The notes: generated by a model from the sequence alone, not told the origin. A DNA stretch of 64,000 nucleotides from an uncultured Oscillospiraceae bacterium (GCA_964572985.1 CAZNIC010000007.1:3009-67008), one strand, 5' to 3'. Shown: positions 8,148 through 18,625, numbered from the stretch's first letter. A program made the numbers and translations.

Positions 8148-10280
8148 ATGAAAAAACTTTTATCAATCTGCCTTGTGCTGGTTATGATGCTTTCATTGGC
8201 ACCCATGGCACAGGCGTCGGACGGTATTCCCGTTTATCTTAACGGCAAAGTGCTGGAAAAAGAAGGTATTATCGTTTCTGACCGTACATATCTTCCCGTG
8301 CGTGCCCTTAGTGAGGCACTGGGCTATGCTGTGGATTGGGACAACGATACACGTAGCGTTATCATCGGTACAGCTCCCGAAAAAACAGAAAAAACAGACA
8401 AGGTAAATATTTATCTTGACGGCGAAAAAATGGAAAACGCCGAAGCTATCATTGTTAGTGATTTCACATATCTTCCCGTGCGTGCTCTTTGCGAGGCTCT
8501 CGGCAAGGATGTTGAATGGAACAACGAAAAAAGAGAAGTTTACGTAACAGACAAGGCTACTGACACCGACCCCTTTAACGGAAAATATTTCCGTTTGAAG
8601 CATAAGTCAACAGGCAGATACCTGTGCGTTGAATATGCAAATACCGATGACGGTGCAAAGGTTGTTGTAGCAAACCGTGATGACTCCAACTCCAACCAGG
8701 TATGGGGCTTCACTTTAATGGACGAAGGCTTTTATAAGATATTCAACCAGAACTCCAAAAAGAGCATCGATATAGGTGCATTTTCCACCATTGCAGGTAC
8801 TGAAATCACTCAGTACACATCCAACGGCGGTACAAACCAGCAGATTAAGCCTGTAGAAAACGAAGACGGTACATATACCCTCATCATCCGTCATTCCTCT
8901 CTTGCAATCACAGCAACAGATCGTTTCACTACTCAGGAAGAAATAACAAACGACGATACACAGAAATTTGAAATGGAATACGTAGGTCAGACACCTATGG
9001 GCAACCTTAAGGAGTCTGCAGGCTACAACGCTCTTGACGCGGTTACAAAGGAAAGATTTGATTCCTTTGTATACACAACTCTTCCCTTTGGCGCAAGAGT
9101 GCAGAGCGAAGTTGAAAACAAGCTCATCATGAGTGACTACTACAACATTTCTGAGGAAGAACAGGTAAAGGTTCTCAAGGACTGTCTTAATATTACAGTA
9201 TACGGTCAGGTTGACTTTGGTGAAATCTTGCCCGATACAGAAAAAGCAAAATACGAAATCAAGTCTAAGACATATAATGAATCCTATGACGTATGGCGTG
9301 GCACAATGCTTCCCGTATGGATGTATGAGGTTGAAATGGAAGGCGACGTTGAAGGACAGGTTCATACATGGACGATGATTTCCACAGTTGAAGATTCTTC
9401 AATAGTAACAGATGCAATCAACGCACTCTCCCGTTTCCCCTATGCAATCCGCCATCATATCAACCGCCTTATTTACCGTCAGGACAGTGCAAACAGCTAC
9501 AACGGCGGCGGCGATACAATCTGGATTCGTCTTACATGGGTACCCAACGAAAAGCAGATTGCACACACTCTTGCGCACGAGCTCGGTCACGTGCTTGACT
9601 CTAATCTCACAAGCGAATCCGCTCTTTGGGACAGAGCAATAGCGAGTGATATGGCTCCCATGTCCTCTTACGGCAACTCCAATCGTGCAGAAGATCTTGC
9701 CGAGTTCTCCCGTATGTTCAATGTTTTGAGAACTGACGCAGAAGCTCTCAAGGAACTCGAAAAAGTTTACCCCGCACGTTTTGCAGCATATGCGGCACTT
9801 CTTTTCACCTCTGACCCCGTTTACTACGCACATTACAAGGAGTACTACGAAAAGACAATGAGCTTTGACGATGACGATCAGAGTCCATATTACTGTCAGA
9901 TTTCAATCCAGGGCACCAATCTTGTTCTTACACAGAAAGATACTGCAAAGGGCAGCGTTGTAACATTTGAAGAAAACACAAACGCAGACAACCAGGTATG
10001 GAGAATTCGTGAATGGCAAGGCAAAAAGGCTTTGTTTAACAAAGCAACAGGTCTTTGTCTTAATGTTCCCGGCAACAGCACAGAAAACGGCAAAAACCTT
10101 ATTGTATGGAACGGCGGCAAGGGCAACAACGAACTTACTTCAATGTTTAGAGAAGGCAACGGCTACACATTCTCTTTCGCTCATTCAGGTCTTTATTTAG
10201 GTGCTGAAAGCTCCAAGGCAGGCGCTAAGGCAATCCAGACAAGCACAAAAACAGAAGTTATCGTAACAGAAGTAAAATAA
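8148..10280 (+). CDS. Secreted multidomain protein: 2 copper-amine-oxidase-N-like wall-binding repeats, ricin-B lectin, M34/ATLF-like zinc metallopeptidase, second ricin-B lectin
   Basis: - Signal peptide ending AQA.
- Two repeats of the form DRTYLPVRALSEALGxxVxWxN.
- QxW-type ricin motifs (NQVWGF, NQVWRI).
- HELGH at 9576-9590, followed by AEDLAEFSRMF, which resembles the third-ligand Glu segment EEFFAEAF of lethal-factor/PPEP-type M34 peptidases. Confidence 0.75.
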   Translation: MKKLLSICLVLVMMLSLAPMAQASDGIPVYLNGKVLEKEGIIVSDRTYLPVRALSEALGYAVDWDNDTRSVIIGTAPEKTEKTDKVNIYLDGEKMENAEAIIVSDFTYLPVRALCEALGKDVEWNNEKREVYVTDKATDTDPFNGKYFRLKHKSTGRYLCVEYANTDDGAKVVVANRDDSNSNQVWGFTLMDEGFYKIFNQNSKKSIDIGAFSTIAGTEITQYTSNGGTNQQIKPVENEDGTYTLIIRHSSLAITATDRFTTQEEITNDDTQKFEMEYVGQTPMGNLKESAGYNALDAVTKERFDSFVYTTLPFGARVQSEVENKLIMSDYYNISEEEQVKVLKDCLNITVYGQVDFGEILPDTEKAKYEIKSKTYNESYDVWRGTMLPVWMYEVEMEGDVEGQVHTWTMISTVEDSSIVTDAINALSRFPYAIRHHINRLIYRQDSANSYNGGGDTIWIRLTWVPNEKQIAHTLAHELGHVLDSNLTSESALWDRAIASDMAPMSSYGNSNRAEDLAEFSRMFNVLRTDAEALKELEKVYPARFAAYAALLFTSDPVYYAHYKEYYEKTMSFDDDDQSPYYCQISIQGTNLVLTQKDTAKGSVVTFEENTNADNQVWRIREWQGKKALFNKATGLCLNVPGNSTENGKNLIVWNGGKGNNELTSMFREGNGYTFSFAHSGLYLGAESSKAGAKAIQTSTKTEVIVTEVK

Positions 10281-10291
10281 TTTTAATTAAC

Positions 10292-10320
10292 AAAAAAACT
10301 CCGCTTCCGCGGAGTTTTTT
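10292..10320. terminator. Rho-independent terminator (bidirectional form)
   Basis: AAAAAAACTCCGC-TTCC-GCGGAGTTTTTT, 12 nt after the stop of the 8148-10280 gene. Confidence 0.8.
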
Positions 10321-10345
10321 GTATGTTATTTATTATATCTGTTCT

Positions 10346-10451
10346 AAGTCCGGAGAAAAATCGTTCAGATTGAGGTTTGTGGCGCTGGAGCTGTGCTGTG
10401 TGCACCGCCCATTGTAACAAAATAGTGAAATGGGCGATTTTAATCGGACTT
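10346..10451. other. 106-nt nested-hairpin element (site B) abutting the MATE stop codon
   Basis: The outer stems are AAGTCCG/CGGACTT and GAAAAATCG/CGATTTT. Inner hairpins include CGCCCAT...ATGGGCG and GTGC...GCAC. The interior carries a doubled GCTGTG motif at 10390-10400. Confidence 0.35.
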
Positions 10452-11831
10452 TTATTTTACGATATTGCTCAGCCATACGCCTCTTTTAATAAGTACTGCA
10501 CCAATTACGCATTTAATAAGCTCGGCTGACTGTACGATAAAGTAAATTAAAACAATATCAAGCGTTGTAAAGGTTGCAAGACAATATGCCAAAGGCACGC
10601 TTACAAGCCAGCTAAAGCCGCAATCGAAGAAAAACGTAATAACAGTTTTGCCGCCGCTTCTTAAGGTAAAATATGTTGCATGAAGCATGCCGTGAGCAGG
10701 CATCCATATTGCCGATATTATAATAAACTTTGTTGCAAGAGAACGTACAATATCGGTGGTATTGTACATAAGCGGGAAAAGCGGTGCAAAAAGAGCCATC
10801 ACGCTGCCTACCACAACACACAAAAGTGCCGAGAAGGTTATGAGCTTTGGTGCGGATTCCTTCGCTTTCTGCAGCTCATTTGCGCCAAGCATCTGACCTA
10901 TAACAACACTGACACCGCTACCAAAAGCAATAAAGAGCACGTTGAAGAGGTTTACAACCGTGCTTGAAATATTTTGCCCTGCAACAACATGAACACCGCG
11001 CACAGAGTAGCACGCCGCAAGAGAGGCAATGCCCAACGACCACAGACACTCGTTTGCCGTAAGCGGGATAAGCCCTTTTATGCTTATTCTCTTCACCAAT
11101 TCTTTAGGTACAAACAAGCTTCTGTACAGCCCCTTGGGATAAACAAGTTGATTTCTCTTCATATGCGTCCAGATAACCACAATTGCTGTCTGGATAAATC
11201 TTGATACAACCGTTGCAATAGCCGCGCCCTTAACTCCCAACTTAGGGAAAGGCCCTATACCGAAAATCAAAAGTGCGTTAAGGCATGTGTTTGTGACAAC
11301 TGCCACTATACCTGCATACATGGGAACAGTTGCAATACCGCCTTCGCGCAGTGTGCCGGAATATACATTCTCCAAGGCGAAGGGAAAAAGTCCCACAAGC
11401 ATAATTGCAAGATAGCATTTTGCATTTTCAAAGGTTTTTGCCACGTCAAGTCCTGCATCTTCGCCCTTAAGGTACATATTGATAAGTCCGTCTGATGCAA
11501 AAACAAACACCAATATACCCACCACGCATATAACAAAAGCCGTAATCAGCTTAAAGCGCATGGTGTGCCTTACGCCCTCGCGGTCACCTTTTCCGAAAAA
11601 CTGTGCCGAGAAAATACCCGACCCCGACACCGCACCGAAAATGGCAAGGTTAAAAACAAACAACAGCTGGTTTACAATGGCTACGCCTGTCATTTCCTCT
11701 GTGCCCACAGCACCAACCATGATGTTATCTATCAGTGCAACAAAGTTTGTAATAAGATTTTGTACCATTATGGGAATGGCAATCATCAATGTTTTTTTAT
11801 AAAAGCTCCACGAGCCGATAAGTTTTCTCAT
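10452..11831 (-). CDS. MATE family efflux transporter
   Basis: 459 aa with 12 predicted TM segments. The N-terminus PIMVQNLITNFVALIDNIMVG is typical of MatE repeats. Confidence 0.9.
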   Translation of the reverse strand: MRKLIGSWSFYKKTLMIAIPIMVQNLITNFVALIDNIMVGAVGTEEMTGVAIVNQLLFVFNLAIFGAVSGSGIFSAQFFGKGDREGVRHTMRFKLITAFVICVVGILVFVFASDGLINMYLKGEDAGLDVAKTFENAKCYLAIMLVGLFPFALENVYSGTLREGGIATVPMYAGIVAVVTNTCLNALLIFGIGPFPKLGVKGAAIATVVSRFIQTAIVVIWTHMKRNQLVYPKGLYRSLFVPKELVKRISIKGLIPLTANECLWSLGIASLAACYSVRGVHVVAGQNISSTVVNLFNVLFIAFGSGVSVVIGQMLGANELQKAKESAPKLITFSALLCVVVGSVMALFAPLFPLMYNTTDIVRSLATKFIIISAIWMPAHGMLHATYFTLRSGGKTVITFFFDCGFSWLVSVPLAYCLATFTTLDIVLIYFIVQSAELIKCVIGAVLIKRGVWLSNIVK

Positions 11832-11868
11832 AATGTTTACCTTTAATGCGAGGGGAGTTGACCCCGCA

Positions 11869-13440
11869 TTACTCTACTGTCCAGTTTGCAATATTCGCAT
11901 AAGGCGAATACGGATACGGTTTAACCTCGCCTCCGATTGAAGGCGTTGTCACCACATAAGTTGTCCTGAAAACCAGTCCTGCAATGGGCTGATGTGCCAT
12001 GTACAGGGCTTGTATTTCGTTAAATGCTTTCGGTGCTTCGTTTTCGTCAGCTGCCGACTGGAAAGCCGTGAGTGCGTTGTCCATCTCGGTGCTCTTGTAG
12101 CCCTGATAGTTAACATAGCCTCTGCTTGACAACAAGTCAGACACATCATAAGGCGCATCATAATACACAGCACCCAAAAACGCATCGTATTCACCGCCTG
12201 CGACACGGGTATTATATGTTTCAATGTCGCAGATTTCAATATTCACCACAAAGCCTGCTTTTTCAAGCTGTGCTTTGATTTTTTCTGCCGCAACGGCTCG
12301 CTTGGCGTCTCGGTCTGCCACCAAAAGGTCAAAACTCAATCTTTCGGTTGTATCTCCTACGGTTTTATCGTATATACCGTCACCGTCGGAATCCGTCCAG
12401 CCTGCCGAAAAAATAACTTCCCTTGCATAATCAAGGCTGTAGCGGTTTACCTCAAAGCTCGGAGAAAAAGCTTCGCTTCTGCTCATAACAGGAAATCCCG
12501 ACTGAACAGCATCGTCGAAAACCACCTCAAGCTCTGTACGGTCGATTGCATTTGATGCCGCAATTCTTACAAGAGGGCTTTTAAAAATACCCCTGTTTGC
12601 GTTAAACCCCACAAACTCAAAAATCCCGTCGGGGTACACATATTTTTTGTGTGTTTTCTTAACAGCAAAATTCTCGGTATCAAGCATTTCCTTTGTTATG
12701 GCATGTATTTTGCCTGACTCAAACGCCTCTTCTGCCATAGCAGACGTGCGCATGTAGATAAACTGTACACCCTCTGCCTGTACATTCCCGCCATGCCATG
12801 CGTTGTTTTTGGTCAGAGTTAAAGACTTTCCGTCAGTTTCCTGAAACATATACGGTCCCGTACCGATAAGTGCTCCTGCAGCATCACTGTTTCTGAACTC
12901 AATCGGGAAATACAACGAATATATAAACTGTGCATTGGGTCTGTTAAAATAAAATACAACCTCGTAGTCATTTCTCTTCTCAATCTTGTCCACGGTTTCG
13001 AGATTTGCATAATATGAGCCCGAGGGGTTTGCCTTGATTTTGTTAACGGTATACACAACATCATCTGCATTAAACTGATTACCGTTATGCCAGAGAACCC
13101 CCTCTTTCACCTTAAGCGTCATAATCGTCGCATTGTCGTTAAAGGCGAAAGATTCGGCAAGCACAGCTTCGGCACCGAAAGACTCATTGATATTGAACAA
13201 AGGTTCAAAAACAGTCAACAGTCCGTCGCGCACACTTTGGTGTTTTGTGAGAATAGGGTCAAGCACATCCACCTCGCGCATCTGCAAATGTATAATACTC
13301 TTTGCCTTTTCATCCTCGTCACGTATCGCCATATCAGCCGCCGCGCCGCCTGTGGGCTCGGTGGGTGCAGTATTGTTTTTGCATCCGGGCACAATCACAA
13401 CCATAAGTGCCGCTATCAAAATCAAAATTTTTTTCATCAT
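11869..13440 (-). CDS. ABC transporter substrate-binding lipoprotein, family 5 (peptide/nickel/OppA-like), orphan
   Basis: Signal peptide plus lipobox (VPGC). The size and composition fit family 5 binding proteins. No permease or ATPase gene is adjacent. Confidence 0.8.
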   Translation of the reverse strand: MMKKILILIAALMVVIVPGCKNNTAPTEPTGGAAADMAIRDEDEKAKSIIHLQMREVDVLDPILTKHQSVRDGLLTVFEPLFNINESFGAEAVLAESFAFNDNATIMTLKVKEGVLWHNGNQFNADDVVYTVNKIKANPSGSYYANLETVDKIEKRNDYEVVFYFNRPNAQFIYSLYFPIEFRNSDAAGALIGTGPYMFQETDGKSLTLTKNNAWHGGNVQAEGVQFIYMRTSAMAEEAFESGKIHAITKEMLDTENFAVKKTHKKYVYPDGIFEFVGFNANRGIFKSPLVRIAASNAIDRTELEVVFDDAVQSGFPVMSRSEAFSPSFEVNRYSLDYAREVIFSAGWTDSDGDGIYDKTVGDTTERLSFDLLVADRDAKRAVAAEKIKAQLEKAGFVVNIEICDIETYNTRVAGGEYDAFLGAVYYDAPYDVSDLLSSRGYVNYQGYKSTEMDNALTAFQSAADENEAPKAFNEIQALYMAHQPIAGLVFRTTYVVTTPSIGGEVKPYPYSPYANIANWTVE

Positions 13441-13463
13441 AGTAAAATCAATCCTTTTACCGT

Positions 13464-14237
13464 TTATCTTTGGATAAAGCCACCCAAAAGTCCGCTCTTA
13501 CCCTTTTGCCTTCGGTGCGAAAAAAACTTGTCGTTATCGCAAAAGGTGCAGAAAGGTGCAACATCAATATTATCTTCTCTTACACCTTCTGTTATAAGCT
13601 GAGTTTTGACAATATTTTTAAGGTCCACCATATATTTGCCGTTATCCTTTTTTGCTACGCAGTGGGGATATGCCGCAAATGCTTCGCCCACATCGGAGGA
13701 TACCTCATAACAGCACAATCCTATTGCAGGCCCTACAAAAGCACATATGTCCTCAGCTTTTGAGCCATGAGAGCACATAAGTTCAATTGTATTTTTCACA
13801 ATATTCTGCGCCGTACCTCTCCAGCCGGAATGTACTGCACCGATAAGTTTTTTTGTTTCATCACACAAAAGAATCGGCACACAGTCTGCGCTGTAGCACA
13901 TAAGTGGCACATTTTCAAGATTTGTGACAACCCCGTCCACACCCTCGCACCACTCACGTATAAGACCTTTTCCGATATCACCCTCATCCACAAACATTAC
14001 GTTTGCAGTATGAAGCTGATGCGTCAGCGTGAGCTTTTCCTTTGTAAGATTTAACGCGTCACAGCAAATTTCGAGATTTTTAAAAACATTAAATGGGTTA
14101 TCTCCGCGTCTTAACCCAACGTTGAGCGAATCAAAATCACCCGAGCTTACACCACCGTCTCTCAAGCTGAATCCATGCAAAGCTTTGATTTTTTCGCTTA
14201 CAAGAAATTTTACATTTTCCTTTTTTATGATTTCCAA
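13464..14237 (-). CDS. pgeF: Peptidoglycan editing factor PgeF / YfiH (DUF152 laccase-domain) protein
   Basis: Motifs HGFSLRDGG, YSADCVPILL, AVHSGWRGT and FFSHRR. Confidence 0.85.
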   Translation of the reverse strand: MEIIKKENVKFLVSEKIKALHGFSLRDGGVSSGDFDSLNVGLRRGDNPFNVFKNLEICCDALNLTKEKLTLTHQLHTANVMFVDEGDIGKGLIREWCEGVDGVVTNLENVPLMCYSADCVPILLCDETKKLIGAVHSGWRGTAQNIVKNTIELMCSHGSKAEDICAFVGPAIGLCCYEVSSDVGEAFAAYPHCVAKKDNGKYMVDLKNIVKTQLITEGVREDNIDVAPFCTFCDNDKFFSHRRQKGKSGLLGGFIQR

Positions 14238-15010
14238 ATTCTTTTCACCTCAATGGCTTTGCCTGTTTTTTCGTCCACATTTACGCATACAGCACAAAAG
14301 CGTGCTTTTCCTTCTGCCGATTTGAACGGATGGCTTTCATCAGGCGTTACAAACCTGCCCATGGCAGTTTGGACCTCCATGCCCAAAACTGAATTTACCG
14401 CCCCTGTCATGCCTGCATCTGTAATATACGCAGTGCCGTTTGGGAGTATTTTTTCATCAGCCGTCTGTATATGTGTATGCGTGCCGAAAACGCCCGATAC
14501 CTTACCGTCAAGATAAAAACCCATAGCTTCCTTTTCGCTGGTTGCTTCTGCATGAAAATCCACTATGATGATATTTGTCACTTTTTTGGCTTCTTTAACA
14601 AGCTCATCAACACACTTGAAAGGGTCTTGTGCGTTTTCCATATATACTCTGCCCAAAAGGTTGATAATTGCAATTTTTTCGCCGTTTTTGCCTCTTACGA
14701 TTTCCATTCCGGCACCGGGCAAATCCTCGGGCAGCATGTTTGCAGGGCGAACTATTGCCTCTTTTCTGTCCAAGAGTATTTTGGCATCATTCGCCTTTGA
14801 AAAAGCATGATTGCCAAGCGTGAAAAAATCCACGCCCGCTCTTGTCATTTCTTCATATGTTTTCACCGTAATACCTAAGCCGCCTGCGGCATTTTCGCCG
14901 TTTGCAACAGTAAAATCGACGTTGTATTCGTATTTAATATCTTCAAGATAGGTAAAAAGTGCTTCTCTGCCGCATCTGCCGCAGATATCACCTATAAAAA
15001 GTATATTCAT
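14225..15010 (-). CDS. ymdB: YmdB-type metallophosphoesterase (TIGR00282 family)
   Basis: MNILFIGDICGRCGR...ANGENAAGGLGIT. It shows the conserved synteny of lying directly downstream of rny. Confidence 0.85.
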   Translation of the reverse strand: MNILFIGDICGRCGREALFTYLEDIKYEYNVDFTVANGENAAGGLGITVKTYEEMTRAGVDFFTLGNHAFSKANDAKILLDRKEAIVRPANMLPEDLPGAGMEIVRGKNGEKIAIINLLGRVYMENAQDPFKCVDELVKEAKKVTNIIIVDFHAEATSEKEAMGFYLDGKVSGVFGTHTHIQTADEKILPNGTAYITDAGMTGAVNSVLGMEVQTAMGRFVTPDESHPFKSAEGKARFCAVCVNVDEKTGKAIEVKRIWKS

Positions 15011-15030
15011 GCTATCATTCCTTAATTTTT

Positions 15031-15063
15031 AAAAAAGTCGGGATATAAAATCCCGACTTTTTT
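15031..15063 (-). terminator. Rho-independent terminator after rny
   Basis: GTCGGGA/TCCCGAC stem flanked by an A6 run and a T7 run, 12 nt after the rny stop. Confidence 0.8.
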
Positions 15064-15074
15064 ACATACATTTC

Positions 15075-16625
15075 TTATTTTGCGAATGCGACTGTACGTG
15101 TCTCTCTGATTATATTAACCTTAATCTGACCGGGATATTCCATATCGCTCTCAATCTTCTTAACGATTTCGCGTGCAATAAAGTCCATATCGCCATCACC
15201 GATTCTGTCGGGTTTAACCATGATACGTACTTCACGGCCCGCCTGAATAGCAAAGCTCTTTTCAACGCCGTCAAAGCTTGTTGCGATTTCTTCAAGCTTT
15301 TGGAGACGCTTGATGTATGTTTCGATGTTTTCTCTTCTTGCACCGGGACGAGCCGCGCTGATAGCGTCAGCCGCCTGAACAAGACAGGCAACAACAGTAT
15401 TGGCTTCAACGTCACCGTGGTGAGCTTCGATAGCGTGGATAACGCTTGCGCCTTCTTTGTACTTTCTTGCAAGATCCACACCGATTGTAACGTGGCTACC
15501 TTCGATTTCGTGGTCAACAGCCTTACCGATATCATGAAGCAAGCCTGCGCGCTTTGCAATTGTTACGTCAACGCCTAACTCACCTGCCATGATACCTGCA
15601 ACATGAGCAACCTCGATAGAGTGCTTAAGCACGTTCTGACCATAGCTTGTTCTGTAACGAAGACGGCCGAGAAGCTTGATAAGCTCGGGATGAAGACCAT
15701 GTACACCTGTATCAAATGTAGCCTGTTCACCCTCCTGCTTAATTGTTGCGTCAACTTCCTTCTGTGCTCTTTCAACCATTTCTTCAATTCTTGCGGGATG
15801 GATTCTGCCATCCATGATAAGCTTTTCAAGAGCAAGGCGGGCAACTTCACGGCGAATGGGGTCAAACGAAGAGATAATAACTGCTTCGGGAGTATCGTCG
15901 ATAATAAGTTCAACGCCTGTAAGAGATTCAATCGTTCTGATATTTCTACCTTCACGACCGATGATTCTGCCCTTCATTTCATCGTTGGGCAAGCTTACAA
16001 CAGACACTGTTGTTTCTGCAACATGGTCTGCCGCACATTTCTGAATTGCAAGACCGATAATGTTCTTAGCTTTCTTTTCGGCTTCTTCCTTAGCCTGAGA
16101 TTCGATATCGCGAATCATCATCGCTGCTTCGTGTCTCACTTCGCTTTCAACGTTCTTGAGTAAGAACTGCTTAGCATCTTCCACACTTAAACCGGAGATT
16201 CTTTCCAGTTCTTCAAGCTGTTTAGCACGAACCTTTTCCAAGGCTTCTTTCTGTGCGTCAAGCTCTTTCATTTTTTCATTGAGTTTTTCGTCTTTCTTTT
16301 CAAGAGCTTCTGTCTTCTTGTCAAGATTTTCTTCCTTTTGCTGAATTCTTCTTTCCTGTCTTGTTATCTCGTTTCTGCGTTCTTTAATTTCTTTGTCCGC
16401 TTCGAGTCTGGCTTTATGTATCTCATCTTTAGCCTCAAGCAGGGCTTCCTTTTTCTTGTTCTGAGCAGCCTTATGTGCATCGTCAACAATACGCTTAGCT
16501 TCTTCTTCGGCACTGCCTATAGCAGCTTCGGCAACTTTTTTGCGGTGATAGTTACCTGCGAAGAAACCCAATGCCAAACCCACCACGAGCGCAACAGCAG
16601 CTGCTATTACTATCCAAAGGGTCAC
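15075..16625 (-). CDS. rny: Ribonuclease Y
   Basis: N-terminal TM helix, Lys/Glu coiled coil, KH domain ([12 protein letters not shown]) and HD domain ([10 protein letters not shown]...LLHDIGKA). The start is uncertain. GTG 16625 has GGAGGA 7 nt upstream, whereas the ORF track uses TTG 16640. Confidence 0.92.
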   Translation of the reverse strand: MTLWIVIAAAVALVVGLALGFFAGNYHRKKVAEAAIGSAEEEAKRIVDDAHKAAQNKKKEALLEAKDEIHKARLEADKEIKERRNEITRQERRIQQKEENLDKKTEALEKKDEKLNEKMKELDAQKEALEKVRAKQLEELERISGLSVEDAKQFLLKNVESEVRHEAAMMIRDIESQAKEEAEKKAKNIIGLAIQKCAADHVAETTVSVVSLPNDEMKGRIIGREGRNIRTIESLTGVELIIDDTPEAVIISSFDPIRREVARLALEKLIMDGRIHPARIEEMVERAQKEVDATIKQEGEQATFDTGVHGLHPELIKLLGRLRYRTSYGQNVLKHSIEVAHVAGIMAGELGVDVTIAKRAGLLHDIGKAVDHEIEGSHVTIGVDLARKYKEGASVIHAIEAHHGDVEANTVVACLVQAADAISAARPGARRENIETYIKRLQKLEEIATSFDGVEKSFAIQAGREVRIMVKPDRIGDGDMDFIAREIVKKIESDMEYPGQIKVNIIRETRTVAFAK

Positions 16626-16791
16626 TTTCCATTCCTCCAATCTATATTAATATTGAATGTTGAATGTTTAAAAAGGATATCCGCCTACCCCTATTCAGCT
16701 TATCGGGCAAGCTACAAACCTTTATTGCGAGAGAAATATAAAAAAGACCATATTTCCCATTACAACATAAACATACAATAATACACTCAAT

Positions 16792-16820
16792 ATTATATAG
16801 CATTTTGTAGGATTTGTCAA
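16792..16820 (-). promoter_or_regulatory. Candidate sigma-A promoter of rny (TTGACA-17-TATAAT)
   Basis: On the minus strand the -35 TTGACA is at 16820-16815 and the -10 TATAAT is at 16797-16792. This implies a 5' UTR of about 160 nt. Confidence 0.5.
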
Positions 16821-16831
16821 GGAACTCTCAG

Positions 16832-18625
16832 CTACTTATTGGTATTTTTTTCACCAATAGCCATATTCTTCAATTCTATGCAAAAATTCTCATCGGGTGT
16901 AACACTTGCAGTGTTATACCCCTCGTATATAACCATGCCCGCCTTTGCCCCGTTAGGCTTTTTAACATGGCTCACGGGGCAATAGTCAACGTCCACCTTT
17001 GACGAGTTTTTGCCCTTTGAGTTAGTTGCCGCAATAATAGCTGCCACCTCAATCACATCAGGCGGAAAATCCTCTCCCGTATGTTTTATGAGAACGTGAC
17101 TTCCGGGAATATTTTTTGTATGAAGCCACAAATCGTTTGCTCTGCCTATTTTAAGCGTAAGATAATCGTTCTGGATGTTATTTCTGCCCGAAAAAATCCT
17201 GTAGCCTTTATACAAATACTCCTCGGGAGAGGTGTTTATCTTGCGTTTCTGCTTTTTCTTTGTAAAGGCAGACTTTATAACCCCCTGACTTACAAGCTCT
17301 TCCTTGATATCATCAAGCTCCGAGGGAGTTTTCGCAAACTCAATTTCGTTTACAACGCTCTCAAGATATTCCATCTCTTCAGTTGCTTTTTCAATCTGCT
17401 TTGCAGCCTCCACCTCTGCAACCTTTGCTTTTTGATATTTTTTGTAGTACTGCTGTGCATTCTTTGCAGGCGAAACAGTCTCGTCAAGCACAATTGTGAT
17501 ATCGCTGCCGTTTTCGTCATAATAGTTTGTTGCAGTTAAAGTTTTGTCCCCTTGGTTCATACGGTAAAGATTTGCGGTTATAATATCACCGGCTATACGG
17601 TACTTGTCCTTTGCCTCGGCATCTTTGAGCGTAGTGTGCAGGATAGTTATCTTTTTGCGGATTTTATCAAGCTGGTTTGTAATATTTTTAATCAGCGCAT
17701 AGGAACGAGAGCGCATTCTTTCAGCGCTGTCACGCTTTTGGTAAAACTCTTCCATGGCCCTCGAGATACCATCTCTTTTTTCTGCAATATAGCCCTCGCC
17801 GTATTGCGTAATATCAAAAACCGCAAAATCCACGGGAGTTCTCTCTCCGTTTTTGTAGAGCAGCACGCTTTCAAATCTGTTGTTTTTTATCTTGGTGAAC
17901 ATATCAAAAAGCTCTTTTGCAACAAGACGCTTTTCATCATCTGTCATTTCGCCCGTAACCACGTCACATCTGCCCGTGCTGCGGTATGCCGCCTCCCTGC
18001 ACAAAAGAGGACTTATCCCCGAGACAGCTGCCGTCAATGCCTTATCAATGCTTTTGCCTTCGCCTGCAGATAACAAAACGGCATAAAAATCATCCTCTTC
18101 CATAGCAAGAGGGTTTTGCCTGTCCCCATTAGGAGGCAAATTATAAGTAAGCCCCGGAAAAACATTTCTGACACGGCTCACAGTCAGGTCAACATGCTTT
18201 ACCGAATCTATTATCCTGCCTGTTTCGTCAACGAGAATAATATTGCTGTTTTTGCCCATGATTTCACACACTATGCGTTTTTTTACACTATCGCCCATCT
18301 CATTGCGTGACAGAACCGTGATAATACACACTCTTTCAAAATCCACGCTTTCAATGCTTTCTATCCTGCCCGAGAGCATATGCTTGCGCATAAGCATACA
18401 AAACATTGGTGGCTCGGAGGGATTTTCCTTAACCTCGTTCGTAATATAAAACCTGGGATTTTGGCTGTTTGCGCTTATTACAAGACGGTAGGCAGTACTC
18501 TGATTTTTAACAATCAGCACAACCTCGTCACGCTCGGGCTGATAGATTTTTTCAATTCGTCCGCCCGTAAGAAGACTGTTTATTTCATAGGCGGCACATC
18601 TTACCGCCGAAGCATCAAGTGGCAT
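16832..18625 (-). CDS. rqcH: Ribosome quality control protein RqcH (NFACT / FbpA family)
   Basis: NFACT-N start MPLDASAVRCAAYEINSLLTGGRIEKIYQPERDE, a central coiled coil, and a C-terminal NFACT-R segment (WLHTKNIPGSHVLIK). Confidence 0.85.
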   Translation of the reverse strand: MPLDASAVRCAAYEINSLLTGGRIEKIYQPERDEVVLIVKNQSTAYRLVISANSQNPRFYITNEVKENPSEPPMFCMLMRKHMLSGRIESIESVDFERVCIITVLSRNEMGDSVKKRIVCEIMGKNSNIILVDETGRIIDSVKHVDLTVSRVRNVFPGLTYNLPPNGDRQNPLAMEEDDFYAVLLSAGEGKSIDKALTAAVSGISPLLCREAAYRSTGRCDVVTGEMTDDEKRLVAKELFDMFTKIKNNRFESVLLYKNGERTPVDFAVFDITQYGEGYIAEKRDGISRAMEEFYQKRDSAERMRSRSYALIKNITNQLDKIRKKITILHTTLKDAEAKDKYRIAGDIITANLYRMNQGDKTLTATNYYDENGSDITIVLDETVSPAKNAQQYYKKYQKAKVAEVEAAKQIEKATEEMEYLESVVNEIEFAKTPSELDDIKEELVSQGVIKSAFTKKKQKRKINTSPEEYLYKGYRIFSGRNNIQNDYLTLKIGRANDLWLHTKNIPGSHVLIKHTGEDFPPDVIEVAAIIAATNSKGKNSSKVDVDYCPVSHVKKPNGAKAGMVIYEGYNTASVTPDENFCIELKNMAIGEKNTNK

